A stretch of DNA of 64,000 bases from Syncephalis fuscata S228 (Eukaryota; Fungi; Zoopagomycota), in NCBI GenBank assembly GCA_025786725.1, contig JAHLTZ010000002.1, forward strand, positions 930,001-994,000, read 5' to 3'. A program made the translations under genes and the position numbers. Below the pieces are notes generated by a model, which had not been told where the DNA came from, searched no databases, and worked only from the letters and a program-made list of their open reading frames with translations. Positions 14,416 to 29,732 of this stretch are shown in pieces (the stretch's first letter is position 1; each line of letters opens with the position of its first letter).

Positions 14416-15069
14416 ATGTTATTTGCCATTTGTTTTCATACAATGATTAGTTTTTAGTATAATTAAAAATACTTAGCCATTTAATTAGTAAAAATATAGT
14501 AATAAATGCCGTGTTATAAATAAATGATTAATGCGATATTCTTGCTAGTTTTCCTATTAATTAAATTTGAATACATAAAATATAAAACAATGGAAAACAA
14601 GTAATTGAATGGCTATATTGCTATTTTTTATATGACAATATAACGATAACATAGATAGTAAATGATGAATGACCATGTTATGACAATCACTATAGCATTA
14701 ATAGGTGGCTCAATGACGAATAACAATTAACACATCACTATTAGTAAATAATAATAATAGAGGATATGTAAAATGGCAATAATGTTGTGTGTTTGTAAGC
14801 ATATCATTATGATGCATTAACTAATGCGCAAAAAGATGTAAAATTAGTCAATATCCTGATAAATTTGTCTTGTTTTCAAACAGTCCTTAGCTTGAACGAT
14901 TATTGGAGCTAACCAGCTACCAATCATCCACGGTTCTTTTTTTAGACTCGATAGAATGTGGCACGTGTCTATACAACTCAGGTTATAAATCCACTTTTTA
15001 ATTGGACCACCGCTCTCATTTACTCCCATCTTATCTATATTTTCGTTTTGTTCTAAATTGTCTATCAGT

Positions 15070-16523
15070 ATGTTGTTGCAGACTTGGAATTTGCGTTCAC
15101 TTATTCACGCATGTAAAGCACGCTGCTTTAATATACATGTCGTTATACTTTTAACCTTTCTTACAGCTAGCATATTAATTGTTATTACTCAGATACACAC
15201 ACTAATTGAACGCAGAGGAAAATTAGTAAATGATGTTCCATTTTTTGATGTACCTCTATTTACAGCAAAAGAGCTGATAACTGCACCGGATGCTATTAGA
15301 CTGGATTCGGCCGCGCAATTATTACCTACGGATTTCACGGTGACCAAGTCGCATGAGGAACGTGATAGCGTGGTGGTAGTCCGTAACCTTTGTCTGAATT
15401 CACAGTATGGTCTTTTTAGAATCGTTGATAATAATGGTGATTCTAAAAAAATACCTACAGCAAATATTGTGACAGCAGGCGACTCTTACGATAGCTACTT
15501 TCAAACATCGACCGTAACCGTTAATGAGTTTGATGGGATGCGTAGCTTTTACGAACATAATGGCTACTCTAACCATTTTGTGCTGCTAAATGAAACCACC
15601 TTCTTTCTTATGGAAACGTACTTTCCAAGCCACTATTCGCATTTCTTGGTCAATAACCTTATTCCATTATTAGAGGTGCTAAACTGGCACTATTCTCCAG
15701 AAAAAGACCGTCTCCAGTATACAACTACACTAGGCTGGATGAAAACACGCCGCCATCTTTATATTCATGATAGAGAACTTCAAAAAGAAAAGTCGGATAT
15801 TTTAAAGGGATTGACTTTAAACGTATTTATCGCAATAATGCATCATTGCTACCTAAAGGCACCACCGTTTGCTACAACAACGCCGTACTTGGGCTTAATA
15901 GTACTTGTCCCGTAGGTGGATGTGCCAAAATACCCGACCCAGCTTTGGGCACGTATACATCCCTGCGTCGATTGGTACGTGGACATTTTTTGAGCCATGA
16001 CATGGTAAAGCAATTAGAAGTTAGCGATGCAGCTGCCATGAAATCAAAGAAGCTTGCCAACGGGCAACGGCCTCGTGTTGTTGTTGTTCAGCGTAAAGGT
16101 ACGCGCGCCTTTCTCAATCTGGACAAAATACATACCATGTTAGATGGATTAGACGTTGAGGCGAAGTTTGTTGAACTCGAAGGGTACAACATGCAGCAGC
16201 AGGTTGAATTATTCTCCAATACCGATATATTAATAGCCGTCCATGGCAACGCTATAGGCAATCTGTTTTGGATGCCTCCTAGTGCGCTTATTATTGAAAT
16301 CTGGCAATATGGATGGGAATCAAACTGGTTCAAGTATATTGCTGATCAATTGGTTGATGAGCGCAATCTACAACATCAAGTTATTTCGTGTAGCCTTCCA
16401 GAATGCGCTTTGCCAAGTCAGCGCGATCCTTCGTTTGATGCTAAAAATCGTGCAGTATATGCTCCTTTAGATAAACTAAAGAAATCGCTTACTGATCACG
16501 GTGTTAAATTAAAGCTGCAATAA
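15070..16523 (+). CDS. Glycosyltransferase family 61 (DUF563/EOGT-like), type II membrane protein, apparent frameshift at ~15790
   Basis: N-terminal TM anchor; HYSHFLVNNLIPL; VVVQRKGTRAFLN; QQVELFSNTDILIAVHGNAIGNLFWMPPSALIIEI. Confidence 0.85.
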
Positions 16524-16708
16524 AGTAGTTTAATATTTTATTTTATTAATCATTATCAAAATACACAATTACATAAACTACTGTTTAGTTAAAATAGATT
16601 ATAGTCACAATAGTATGTTTATTTGTTGTAAACTAAAACAGAGCTATGGTATAACAATTTATTGAATAAGCAATAGTATTTGAAATGATGTTTGGGAATA
16701 TGTGCAAT

Positions 16709-19406
16709 TTATGGAGGTGCATGCGCATCTAAAAATGAGCCGTGACCAAAGGAAGGAATGATTGGCTGGGGCAAGTTGATCGAAACCAATTCAATCATAT
16801 TCGATGCGTCAATAATGACTAATGAACTGGTATGGCGACTAGCATCATAAACGATAGTCAACAGCACACCATCATCCTCTTGTTCCGAAATAAACACCTC
16901 AGTACGATCGACATCAACATGACGATTGGGTACAAAGATTGGCTCGCTCGGATAGCAATTAGGACGTTGCCAAAAGGCTGATGTAATACGTCCATCCAAA
17001 TCCTATTAGTAAATAATCAACATTACAATATTAATATTATAAATTAATTAAATTTAAATAAACAATTGCTTACTGCTTTAACAATGGTATCCCACAGCGA
17101 ACCAGCTCGATTGGATGCTACTAATGATGTGCTTACGCCGTAAACATAGCGATACGAACTACCAATATAACGTGGATTGACACAAGGTAGTTCCATACAC
17201 GCATCTAGCATACGATCGTAGTAACACGGACTTGCTTGATAGGCACCTGGAGCCAGCACAGTGATGCGTGTACGTTCCTCGCCAAGTCGCATCAAATCAT
17301 ATCGTCTTACCTCTCCCACTGGTAGTTGAGAGGCACGCTCTGGATTACGTAGATTTTCAAGTACAAGATGGCGTGTAATAGCATCATCTTCGTAGCAAAT
17401 CATATCTACTTGGATACCATCGATTTCGTCTTCAAAGGCATTCACATGATGCAATCTATATTCATCGTATATTCATTGGTTAATTGGTTATTTGTTAGCA
17501 TTCTAGTATATACATGCATATAAATATACTTACGAAAAACAAGCATCTGCCTTGTAAGAACCAATTAATTGACGTTCAGCTCTGGAAATAACGTAGAATG
17601 TTGTCTTTTCCTCCGGGTAATAGGTAAGCGAGTCGAGTAGCGATGAGCCCCAATAGTACTTAATACCCGACATATTTCCAAAGAACGGGAATATAACCAG
17701 AATAATATAGCGTGGCGTAATAGCAAAGCTATGTACAAGTGACGGACGTGGATGATTAACAGTGAATATCTTCTGTCCAGCCGATTTACCATCTCGAGTC
17801 GATAGAGCAATACAATGATAGTCAGTGCTATTATAACCAACATCCATAGTTATCGTGAACAACTCGCCCGTACGAGTATCAAATCGAGAATGCGGAGTAG
17901 CTTGCGCGCCTTTAAAAGCCGGATTTAACATTTCCCATGAAAATATCTTTTTTGGTGTTAGATCACGTGGATCAAGCTGTTGGATAAGATTTGACTGATT
18001 CTGCGTGTAGATGAATTCAGTTTGACCAAATAGCGGAAACCGTGTATGAATCATGGCACCGCACGCTTCAGCATCAGCCTTTGGCTTTTTGGGCGCTGAT
18101 CGTAATAAACCGGCAAAGAAACTTTGGTTGGTATCACTACGGAATAGTGTACCTGGTCGATCTGGTTGATAGCCACCATTCTCACGAATTTTCGATTCTA
18201 GCTTACGAGCTGTAATACGGCTACGATAATGTACAGCATTGCGACGACCATCAATTTCAAGCTTTTGTACTAGCGGTATACTAATAAATCAATTGTATTA
18301 GTAGATAAAATAAATAATATAGAGTGTAGCTATTTACGTGTCAAACCAATGGCCAAACGAATAATAACTATAGAAATATATTATTATTAATAATGTGGTT
18401 GAGTTAATTAATTAATTAGCTAATTGCTATTTATTTCTTACCGAGTTTCTGAACCATTTTCTCCTTGCCGTGTATAAGATACGTCAAAAATACCTGGACC
18501 CACGGTAAATAGATCACCTTGAATCCATTTGGGTATTTCACCAGAAGTAATATTTAATTGAGTTACTTGAAGTACTTCTTTACTATTTACAAATCCCTAT
18601 TGTCCATTAATTAGTAATAAATTCTTAAGTTACTAATTAGTATATATATATTACTTTGGCATGTGTAGGAGGTGCCGATATTCTTGGCACTGATTCCTGT
18701 CGAGCATGCAGTACTGGAGTCGCTGCTCTTATAGCTGAGCTTGCCGCTATTGCTGACAGTGTACTTTTAGATGCATTATTATTATTACTATTATTAGTCT
18801 CTTTGTTCGTTGTTTCTTCAACAACAATCGCCATACTATCTGTTTTATTTTCTACTATTGTAGACTGCGACTGAGGCTTTGACAGTGTCCCACTTGTCGA
18901 TATAATTGATTCATCTTCCAATACTTCTACAACCTCCTCTGTCATCATAAGTGTTTTTGTAGTTGTTGTCGTTGTCGTTGTCGTTGTCGTCTTTTTCTCG
19001 GATCCGGCTGAGTAGATTGAACTCATACCATCAACCATGACCGATGCTTGTGAAATGCGTTCCCAGTCTGTTTCTGAATTAGACGGTGACGATATCGGCA
19101 GTCCCGTCGATCCTGAAGTTGCCAGCAGGCGCTTTCCACCCTCCATTGCTTCATGTTCATGTTTTGTATCCAATAATGAATTGGGCGTTTCCAATGGCTC
19201 TGCACTATCCACAGTCGAACCAATTGAATGTGTATCTTCATAGTGATTGTAGACTTAGTCGCATGAACTTCTTCAATTTGCTTAAACTCGGCCTTTGTGC
19301 TTAAAGGCGGCGGTAGTGGTGGCCTAGTCATCACTAGGTCCTCGTCATCTCCACTATCGCCATCATTGGTTGCGGTGTGGCGGAGTAGTGCGCTTTCGAC
19401 AGACAT
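16709..19406 (-). CDS. Carotenoid oxygenase/RPE65 family protein with a long low-complexity N-terminus; apparent frameshift at ~19250
   Basis: GEIPKWIQGDLFTVGPG, HWFD, ATPH, VHSFAIT, HHVNAFE, ELPCVNP, PSEPIFVP, EDDGVLL, GHGSF: all four iron-ligand His present. Confidence 0.88.
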
Positions 19407-21278
19407 ATCGCCAAATGAAAAATATTGTATAATTTATTTACTGGATGCTTAAAAAGAAGTTAAAAGAATGCGAAAATAGGCTACGCAATAACTCAAATAA
19501 ACGAATAAAGAAAGGCCAAAGGAGTGATGGTGGTGGTGGTGTTGCAAAAGGAAGTAAAGTAGGCGGAGTGGTAAAAATAAACGGATATTGATCAAACATT
19601 CATTTATGGCGAACTATTTCTATAATAGTAATAATGGTAGATTTAAATTAATGTGATTATATTTCATTGTATTTTATCACCACCATAAAAGTAGTTTTAA
19701 ATGCCAATGTAATTGGTTTATAGTGTAATAATAATAATAACAATAATAACAATAACAATAATAACTATAGCGACGATGAAACGCGCAAGTCGCCTTTGTT
19801 GCATGCATTTGCTTTTCATATGATCAACATTACTAGAATCAATATCGTCTCTTCCTTTGCCAAATGTTTATTAATATTTATTTTGTACCAAACACGCTCA
19901 GTTGTTATTCTACTTGATTGTTTTAACAAATCGATATCATTACAAAGCTTTTTACTATTGTTATCTGTATTCTTTTCTCGGTTTTATAATCAATACAACC
20001 ATTATGGATGCCAAAACAAAATCGGTCCGTTTTAATGCTATTGAACAACCACTTAAACTTGTTTAGAAATTAAAGTTGAAACTAATGTTAATATAATGAG
20101 GAAAATTAAACAACAATTTGATGAAAGTTTAGACTTGAAGAGAAGATTAGAAATAATGCGACAGTGAAGAAGAAGCCTGATCTTTCCAACTATTAATGGT
20201 CAACGTATCCAAGAAACTGGCACTGATGGTACTAATAAATTATTAGTTCAGCATATTTTAAGTATATATTCGGCGAGAATAAAGACCATTTGATAACTAC
20301 ACCGTTTAGTCCATTTATATATAAAAGTTCCAGCCAGTGCTCCGGTTTATTCAGCTCTTAATTGGTGGATTCATTATATTAACAACAAACTCGTATTTAT
20401 TTGTACAAACTAAGCTATATAAACATGTAGTAACAAACACATGATTTTATTCAATTATAAAATAATGAGTAAAACATTACTAGATCAGCGTGTACTGTAG
20501 GTTGTACATTCTATACAGCTATTTTATAATTCAATAATCCATATTTAAAACAACTTATAAATATAAATATACGCACACTAATATATATATATTTATAACT
20601 TGTAATCTATTTATAATATGCTGTGTTATTAGAATATCCTATCGTGTAGCAGTTTTGATTAAATATGCTTAACTAGTTTTATAGCTATAATTACCATGCA
20701 ATGAATATGTAACGGAGTTAGGGTAATCCATCACACAAAATGTCTGCGTCGATGGAAGGAAGAGAACAGATTTGTTTTACTCTTGCATATTCATAAAACA
20801 AATAACCTGGTTTTCTTACAAATATATCTATTATTAAATGTATAAGTCTGATTAGTAAAAGGCGCTAAGCCGTAACAATGAACGAATTAGTCATAGTTGA
20901 TTAGTAGTTACTATGTTGCGCGTACATTCTGCCGTTATAGACATCATTCAATAGTTCGGACAAGTTTTGCCGAATAATTAGCTCAAGTCCGAAAGCAAAT
21001 GCAAGCAATTTAATTTAACCGATAAAACAATCCTTTAGTAAGATATACACTTTTACAAGTGTTCATAGCATTGCGCTTTATGGTGAAGGCAAAAGCCAGG
21101 AAACTTATAAATCGGACTAAAGTTACATATCTATTCCAAAGTATACTTGTTTCTCCGCTGACCAAATATAGCAACTGACTATCCACTTACTCGCTTCTTT
21201 CTTCCCTCTCTCTCTCTCTCTCTTGCTCCTACTACTACTGTTTTCAGCACTTTTCTTTCGTTCATTCTACTTTACAAT

Positions 21279-22954
21279 ATGTCCCAACAATTCACTACAA
21301 AAGTGTGCTGTATCGGTGCCGGTTATGTGGGTAAGTAATACACTTTATTATTATTACTATGCCGAACTGTCATTAACACCAACTATAGGTGGACCTACGT
21401 GTGCTGTTATTGCCAAACAGTGTCCAGACATCAAAGTTACTATTGTTGACATTAATCCCCAACGTATTGCTGCATGGAATTCAGATGATAAGGATGAGCT
21501 GCCTATTTATGAGCCAGGCCTAAGCGAGTTGGTATTTGAATGCCGTGGCCGCAATCTATTCTTCTCAACCGACGTCGATGCTGCTATACTTGAGTCTGAT
21601 ATCATTTTCGTCTCGGTAAATACGCCCACCAAGAAGAATGGTGTTGGCAAAGGATACGCTGCTGATTTAAAGTAAGTTTATTTACAAAGTGTTTATTAAT
21701 AAGTGTATTAACCCATATTAATTATCTAACGTATTTACACATAGATATATTGAATCTGCCACTCGTCGTATTGCCGAGGTTGCTACAAGCAGTAAAATTG
21801 TTGTTGAAAAGTCAACAGTACCCTGCCGCACCGCCGAGTCTATGCGTACCATTCTTGAATCAAATTCACGTGCCGATATTCGTTTTGATATTTTATCTAA
21901 TCCTGAATTTCTTGCTGAAGGCACTGCCATTAACGATTTACTTAATCCAGACCGTGTGCTTATTGGTAGCTTGAGCACTAAGGAAGGTCTAGAAGCGCAA
22001 CGAGTGTTGGCCGATTTGTACGCTCGTTGGGTCCCACGTGAACGAGTCATTACTATGGGACTATGGTCATCTGAGCTATCAAAGCTGGTAAGTTGTCATC
22101 ATTATAGTGAATTTACAGCTAATTTACTAATTGATCGATCGATCGATTGCTTAATTAGGCGGCCAATGCTTTATTAGCCCAACGTATTTCAAGTATCAAT
22201 GCTCTTTCGGCCATTTGTGAAGCGACCGGTGCCGATGTTGATGAGGTAGCCTATGCTTGCGGCCTCGACTCACGTATTGGTCCAAAGTTCCTTAAATCCT
22301 CAGTGGGATTCGGTGGCTCTTGCTTCCAGAAGGATATTCTTAACTTGGCCTACCTAGCAGAATCACTTCATTTGCCGGTGGTTGCCGAATACTGGCGTCA
22401 AGTAGTCACTATGAACGAGCATCAAAAGCTTCGATTTGCAGAAAAGGTTGTTTCCTCTATGTTTAATACGATTAATGGCAAACGCATCGCTATACTTGGC
22501 TGGGCATTTAAAAAGGATACTGGTGATACTCGTGAAAGTCCAGCAATCACGGTAGCCGAAGCGCTCTTAATTGAAGGAGCCCAGTTACAAGTTTATGATC
22601 CAAAAGTATCAAGCATTCGTATGCTAATCGATTTAGCAGAACGTGAGACACTAGGCGATGAAACAGCCTGTAAGTTTTTAATACTGCATTAATAGTACCA
22701 ATATCTAATACTTTTATGAATACTTTATAGTGGCCAAATCCATTACTATGTGCCCAGATGCGTATACCGCAGTTAATGAGGCCGATGCTGTTGTTGTCTG
22801 CACCGAGTGGGATGAATTCCGTACTCTTGACTGGCAAGCTATTTATAACAGTATGCACAAGCCAGCGTTTGTCTTTGATGGCCGTCTTATTCTCGATGCT
22901 GCTGCATTGCGTGAAATTGGATTCCGTGTTGATACCATCGGTAAAAGTTCTTAA
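21279..22954 (+). CDS. UGD1: UDP-glucose 6-dehydrogenase, 5 exons
   Basis: [63 protein letters not shown]. Confidence 0.97.
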
Positions 22955-23611
22955 AGAGATGCATGTAAACGACATAAAATATTATTTTTATAATAAAATA
23001 GTGCTGAAGTATAACTAAAATAATATAATATATTTATTGCTAGAGTGTTATATAGCTGAATAGATACAATTAGACAAAAAGTGATAAACAGCTTTAATTT
23101 TTTGCTAAATAAACTGAATCTGTATTAAATTCATCACTTTAGTACAATAAAACATTAATATATCTAATTTATTAATTAAAGCGTATTTATACCTACTCAT
23201 AACACCCATTCGATAGTGTTGATTAACCAAAGATCAAATACTACATAATCAACAAATCTATAATTGGACTTCAACCGATCTATATTAAAAATACATAATT
23301 AATTGGATCAACTCACAAATCGTCAAAGGGTATTGGTTGACGTGTCACTTTCTCGTCACTCCGATGGCTTCCATGGTCGTTTTCACTCACTGCTAACTGT
23401 TGAAGATTATTGCCACTGCTACTCGTTCATCTTAAAGTATTGTGCTAATACTTGTCGTCATCTTTGCGTTTCGTCGTTTCTTTATTCTTCTTAACCAACC
23501 AAGAATTATTCGTTGACGAAGTAGTCGATTCGAACTGTTGTCGGCTGGTACCCGTGTATCTGTGCCAGTTTCTGTTCAATAGACCGCTTAAACGCGTCAT
23601 TTAAAGCAAAG

Positions 23612-26600
23612 ATGCATATGCTAACAAAGGTAACGTTGAGTAGACAATCGCTGTATATGCCTAGCTGCAGTAATACTCATCTATTGCTTGTCTACAACTA
23701 TTTAGTTTGAGTCTAAAAGCAATCGAGTCAAAGGCGTCTCGTTTCATCCAAAAAGACCATGGATTCTCGCCTCGTTGCATAACGGCTCCGTCCAGCTATG
23801 GGACTACCGAATGGGCACACTATTGGAGAAGTTTGAAGAACATGAGGGTAAGCTTGGTATTGGCTAGTTGGTTTAGTCTAGACTGTGTAGTATTTGCAAT
23901 ATATACTAACATTAATGTGTGTGTGTGTGTGTGTATAGGTCCGGTGCGTGGTGTTCATTTCCATCCTTCACAGCCTCTATTCGTATCTGGCGGTGATGAT
24001 AATCGAATCAAGTTGTGGAATTACAAGACACGTCGCTGTCTATTTACTTTTACTGGCCATATTGACTATGTACGCACTGTGTTTTTCCATCACGAACACC
24101 CGTGGATTGTCAGTTGTTCAGATGATCAAACTATTCGTATTTGGAATTGGCAATCACGTACTTGTGTTGCAGTATTGACCGGTCATAATCACTATGTCAT
24201 GTGTGCACAATTCCATCCCACTGAAGATTTACTTGTATCTGCTTCTATGGATCAAACAGTACGCGTTTGGGATATTTCTGGTAAGTCAGTAGATTCATTA
24301 ATAGCATTAGTACTGATAGATGTTTAGGATTACGTAAAAAGAATAAATCAAAGAATGTAGTTACGGTTGAAGACTTGGTAAGCCGTGCTACAGGTCAGCC
24401 AGATCTATTTGGCAATTCAGACTGTTCGGTCAAATTTGTTCTTGAAGGACATGACCGAGGTGTTGACTGGGTCTCTTTCCATCCTACAAAGCCATTGATT
24501 GTTTCAAGTGGCGATGATCGTCAAATTAAACTATGGCGTATGAGTGGTAAGTAAATAGTAAATAGTACATAATATTAATAATTAATGTTAATAATTAATG
24601 TTAATAATAATTAGATGTTAAGGCATGGGAAGTCGATTCATTCCGTGGTCATATGAACAATGTATCCTGTGTTCTATTCCATCCAACTAAAGAGTTGCTT
24701 ATTTCTGACTCTGAAGATAAAACTATTCGTGTATGGGATATGCAAACACGTACAGCAGTACAAACATTTAGACGGGATCAAGATCGGTTTTGGGTTCTGT
24801 CTTCTCATCCAGAATTGAATCTATTTGCAGCTGGTAAGTTATACATGGTTTATTAAAAGGTATATACAAATAATGAAATTAATAACTAACATGACTAATA
24901 GGTCACGATAATGGATTAATTATATTCAAATTGGATCGTGAAAGACCCGCTTCAGTGCAAAGCCAAAACTCGCTATTCTTTGTACGCGATCGTGTATTAA
25001 GATTGTTTGATTTTACACGCAATAGCGAACAGCCAATTATGTCAATTCGTCGATCGGCCACGCCTTATATGCAGCCACGCTCTATTTCCTTTAATCCTGC
25101 AGAACGTGCTGTGCTTGTCTGTTCGGTAAGTTATTTAAGCATTGAATGATATGTGTTAACTATAAATGCATCATTTGATTAGGCGGTTGATGGTGGCACC
25201 TACGATCTCTATCCATTGCCTAAGGAATTCAGCGGTGATCTACGCGATTGTCCCGAACCAAAACGAGGCAGCGGTACAACTGCCATATTTACATCGCGTA
25301 CCCGTTTTGCCGTACTAGATAAAACAGAGCAACAGATCTATATTAAGGATATGTCAAATACTGTTACCAAAACGATTAAGCCGCCACAACAAGTTACAGA
25401 AATATTCTTTGCCGGTGCCAATTATCTTCTATTGGCCACGTCTACTGCAGTTATTCTTTATGACACGCAACAACGACAAACGGTATCTGAATTGGCTGCG
25501 GCTAATGTAAAGTATGTTGCCTGGTCTGCAGATATGACTCATATTGCATTGATGAGCAAGCATAGTAAGTGTTTAGACAGCACACTAATTAACTGACTAA
25601 TTAATATTTAACTATCATTAATTAATAGCTATTCATATTGCTACAAAGACGCTAGAGCAGAAAACATGTATTCATGAAACGATTCGTATTAAGAGTGGTG
25701 TTTGGGACGAGAGTGGCGTGTTCCTTTACACAACTTTGAATCATATCAAGTACACGCTTACCAACGGCGACCATGGCATTATTCGTACACTCGAACAGCC
25801 AGTCTATTTGGTACGCTCCAAGGGTGCAAGTATATGTTGTTTGGAACGAGATGGCGAAGTACATAGCATTACCATTGATCCTACCGAGTATCAATTCAAG
25901 ATGGCTTTAGTACGCGAACGATTTGATCAAGTACTGCAAATTATTCGTACTTCAAACCTTGTTGGCCAATCGATTATTGCTTATTTGCAAAAGAAAGGAT
26001 ATCCAGAGGTAACATACGTGAATACATATAATGAATAGTATTAGATAGTAATTATTATTTAGGTGGCACTACAATTTGTAAGGGATACAAAAACGCGATT
26101 TGAATTGGCCATTGAATGTGGCAATTTGAATGTGGCCTTGGAAGAAGCAAAGAAGCTGGATCGTGTTGAGTGTTGGAGTAAATTAGGCACTGAAGCATTA
26201 AGACAAGGCAATACTAAGGTAACTATTGTATATATATATATATATAGTCATTATGAACAGGCAACAATTAACACTCTATTTATAGATGATTGAAACGGCT
26301 TATCAGCGTACAAAGAACTTTGAACGTCTATCATTCCTATACCTCGCCACTGGTAATATTGAAAACCAACGCAGAATGTTAAAGATTGCTGAATTACGTG
26401 GTGATGGCATGTCACGTTTCCATAATGCACTCTACACGGGTGATGTACGTAATCGTGTACAGTTCTTGACTGAAATGGCCATGTGTAAGTAATATATGCG
26501 TATTATTAATAGTAGGACAGTTAATCATACCTATCACTAGATCCATTGGCTTATTTAACGGCTAAATCTCATGGACTTGAAGAAGAAGCCGAACAAATAC

Positions 26601-28058
26601 TTGAAATGGCCGGCAAGACTGAAGAAGAATTGACGGATATTCCAGCACCAGGTCAGTTACTTCGTCCTCCAGTGCCGGTCAATCGTCGTGACAATACCAA
26701 CTGGCCATTAAAGGAATTTAACCGTAATGCATTTGAACGGGCCTTTATCAGCGGCCAGTTGGAATCGGATACTATGGCCGATACAGAGGTTACTGCAGTC
26801 ACTTCGTCCAGTGCCGGTGCTGCCGCCGCTTCATCATCCTCATTGGCATTTGATGCTATAGAAGGATTAGACGGTGAAGAGGAAGAAGAAGTGGGCGCTG
26901 GCTGGGGTCTAGGCGATGATATGGATCTACAGCTCGATGCCGATATTACCGGTGATGGAGCAGGTGCCAGTAGTACTGGTGGTACCCGTACAGTGGCTGA
27001 AGGAACACCAGAAACCGAGCTATGGTGCCACAATTCTCCATTAGCTGCTGATCATGTTGCAGCTGGTAGTTTTGAATCAGCTATGCAGGTAAATTGATAA
27101 AGAATATATGCATACAAATATTTACTAATTTTTATTACTATTTTAGTTGTTGCATCGTCAAGCAGGCATTGTTAATTTTACGCCACTAAAAGAGCATTTC
27201 CTTACCATCTACAGCTGTTCACATGCTTGGTTATCCGGCGTACCTACACTACCGCCCCTATCATTCCCTATGCGCCGCAATTGGGAAGAGACCGATTTGC
27301 GTAAAGTATTACCAGCACAGCCATATTCTCGTACTATAATCGATACTACCTTATTGCAACCGGCCTACAAACTATTTACTAGTGGCCAGTTTAAAGAAAC
27401 TGTTGGCCAATTCCGCAATGCACTTCATGCATTACTATTGACGGTGGCCACATCAGTCAACGAAGCACAAGAGGTAGGTAGCATAATTACTTTATTTACT
27501 AGCATTTACACATACTAATCATCATTGCTACATTTAAACTAGCTGCGTCAATTAATCGACGAATGCCGTGAATATATTCTCGGTCTTTCTATGGAAGTAT
27601 CACGACGTGAGATTGCCACGCAAGATTCATTTGAAGCGAATAAGCGTTCGCTTGAACTGGCCGCCTACTTTTCGCATTGTAAAATGCGCCCACCCCACCA
27701 GATACTTACACTTCGAGCAGCCATGGCCCAAGCATACAAGACAAAGAACTTTTTAAGTGCCTCTTCCTTTGCCCGACGCCTACTTGACCTTCGGCCAATG
27801 GCCAATCTGGCTAAACAAGCGCAACAAATCAAGGAAGTGTCCGATCGCACACCACGCGATGAAATACCTCTCGACTATGATCATTATAGCGAATTTATCG
27901 TATGTGGCATCTCCTACCTGCCAATCTACCAAGGAGACGCTCATGTACGCTGTCCGTGCTGTACGGCGATCTATCGCCCCGAACATAAAGGCAAGCTTTG
28001 TCCGGTGTGCGAATTGGCCAAGATTGGCACAAATGGCACTGGTCTACGCCAATTCTAA
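23612..28058 (+). CDS. COP1: Coatomer alpha subunit (alpha-COP), multi-exon
   Basis: [16 protein letters not shown] start, WD40 repeats, [34 protein letters not shown]-terminal CPCC...CPVC. Confidence 0.97.
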
Positions 28059-28202
28059 ATGTCTATCGTCTTTTATAAGTGGTGGCGTATGCGTTAAAGT
28101 GGTTTAATCTTTTGAATATAAATGAAAAAGAGCAATTTATTACTATTATTCATATCATTGTTGTTATAATTGCTTTATTTGATAATGTGAGGGGCACACA
28201 AA

Positions 28203-29732
28203 CTACAATCGACGAATAATGATAGCTGTGGCAGCACCGCCACCATTACAAACGGCTGCACAACCATATTGGCCCTTTTCCAATTGGTGGGCTAGCGTAA
28301 CGACAATACGGCAACCAGAGGAACTAGAATGATAATAGTTGTTGTTGATATTGTTAATAAATACATAGAAATAATAGATAGATGTAATTACCCAATAGGA
28401 TGTCCTAGAGCTACGGCACCGCCCAATGCGTTGACTTTAGCTGGATCCAATGAAAGAATCTATAAATGGTTTAGAGATGTAAAATTAACATCTTTAGCTT
28501 ATCAGTGTTTGTGTTAACTTGCCTGCTCGTTAACTCGAGCCACCACGCTAAATGCTTCGTTAAACTCAAATCGACTAATATCATCGATTTTAAGATTGGC
28601 ACGGGCCAAAGCAATTGGTACAGCTTTGGAAGGTGCAATAGTAAAGTCTTTTGGTGCACAGGCTGCATCAGCATATGAAATAATCTCTGCCAATGGATTA
28701 ATCGATAGTTCCTGTGCCTTGTCCTCGGCCATAAGTACAACGGCACTGGCACCATCGTTAAGTGTGCTTGCATTGGCTGCAGTTACAGTGCCGCCTTGCG
28801 ACTGAAAGACGGGTCGCAGTGTTGTAATTTTATCGAATCGTACACGTTTGTATTCCTCGTCTTCAGTAACAATTTCATCGCCTTTACGACCACGAATGTG
28901 CACGGGAGCAATTTCCGCTTCAAATGCACCTTGTTTCCAAGCTTCAGTTGCTCGTTTATACGAACTAATTGCATGTTCGTCCTGCGTCTCACGACTAATC
29001 TGATACTTGGCTGCTGTTTCTTCGGCACAATTGCCCATATGGATCTGATTATAGACATCCCAAAGACCATCCTTTATAATGCCATCGGCCATTGTTTGAT
29101 TACCATATTCCACACCACGTGGTACATAGAATCTAGATATTTTGGTGTAAGATAAATAGATTGATAAATAAATATAACCACCTATATTAAATGTATGTAA
29201 CTTACGGCGTATTTGACATGCTTTCCATGCCACCAGCTACCATAATGTCACGCGTGCCAACTTGAATACCTTGTGCGGCTAGTGTAATTGCTTTCATGCC
29301 AGAAGCACATACTTTATTGATTGTAGTTGCTTCGGTCGTGTCGGGACAGCCAGCAGCAAACGCCGCTTGACGTGCCGGCGACTGACCAAGACCAGCCTGT
29401 AGCACATTGCCCATGTAGACCTCTTCAACCTGATCGGCCTTGATACCTACGATATTTAATATATTAGCAATAAAGCGAGTACATTATTTGATTAGTATTG
29501 TGTTTATGTCATTGTCGTCGTTGTCTAATCACCTGCACGTTCTAATGCACCACGGATGGCAAAGCCACCAAGATGAGGTGCAGCCACTTTGGCCAACGAG
29601 CCTCGGAACGAACCGACAGGAGTACGTGCTAAAAAATGAAGGGAAACAAAAAGCAATTAATAAGTGTTGAATGACGAAGATAGTACGCGAGACAACAGTA
29701 CCTGCACCAGCAATAACGACGCGACGAATCAT
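28203..29732 (-). CDS. ERG10: Acetyl-CoA acetyltransferase (thiolase II)
   Basis: [58 protein letters not shown]. Confidence 0.95.

Noticed and set aside
20005-20400. Possible decayed gene starting MDAKTKSVRFNAIEQPLKLV
   Set aside because: Stops in all frames and no recognisable family
23332-23344. ATTGG-T-TGACGTG (CCAAT plus bZIP/UPR-like site) upstream of COP1
   Set aside because: Plausible, but a single short motif with no conservation data
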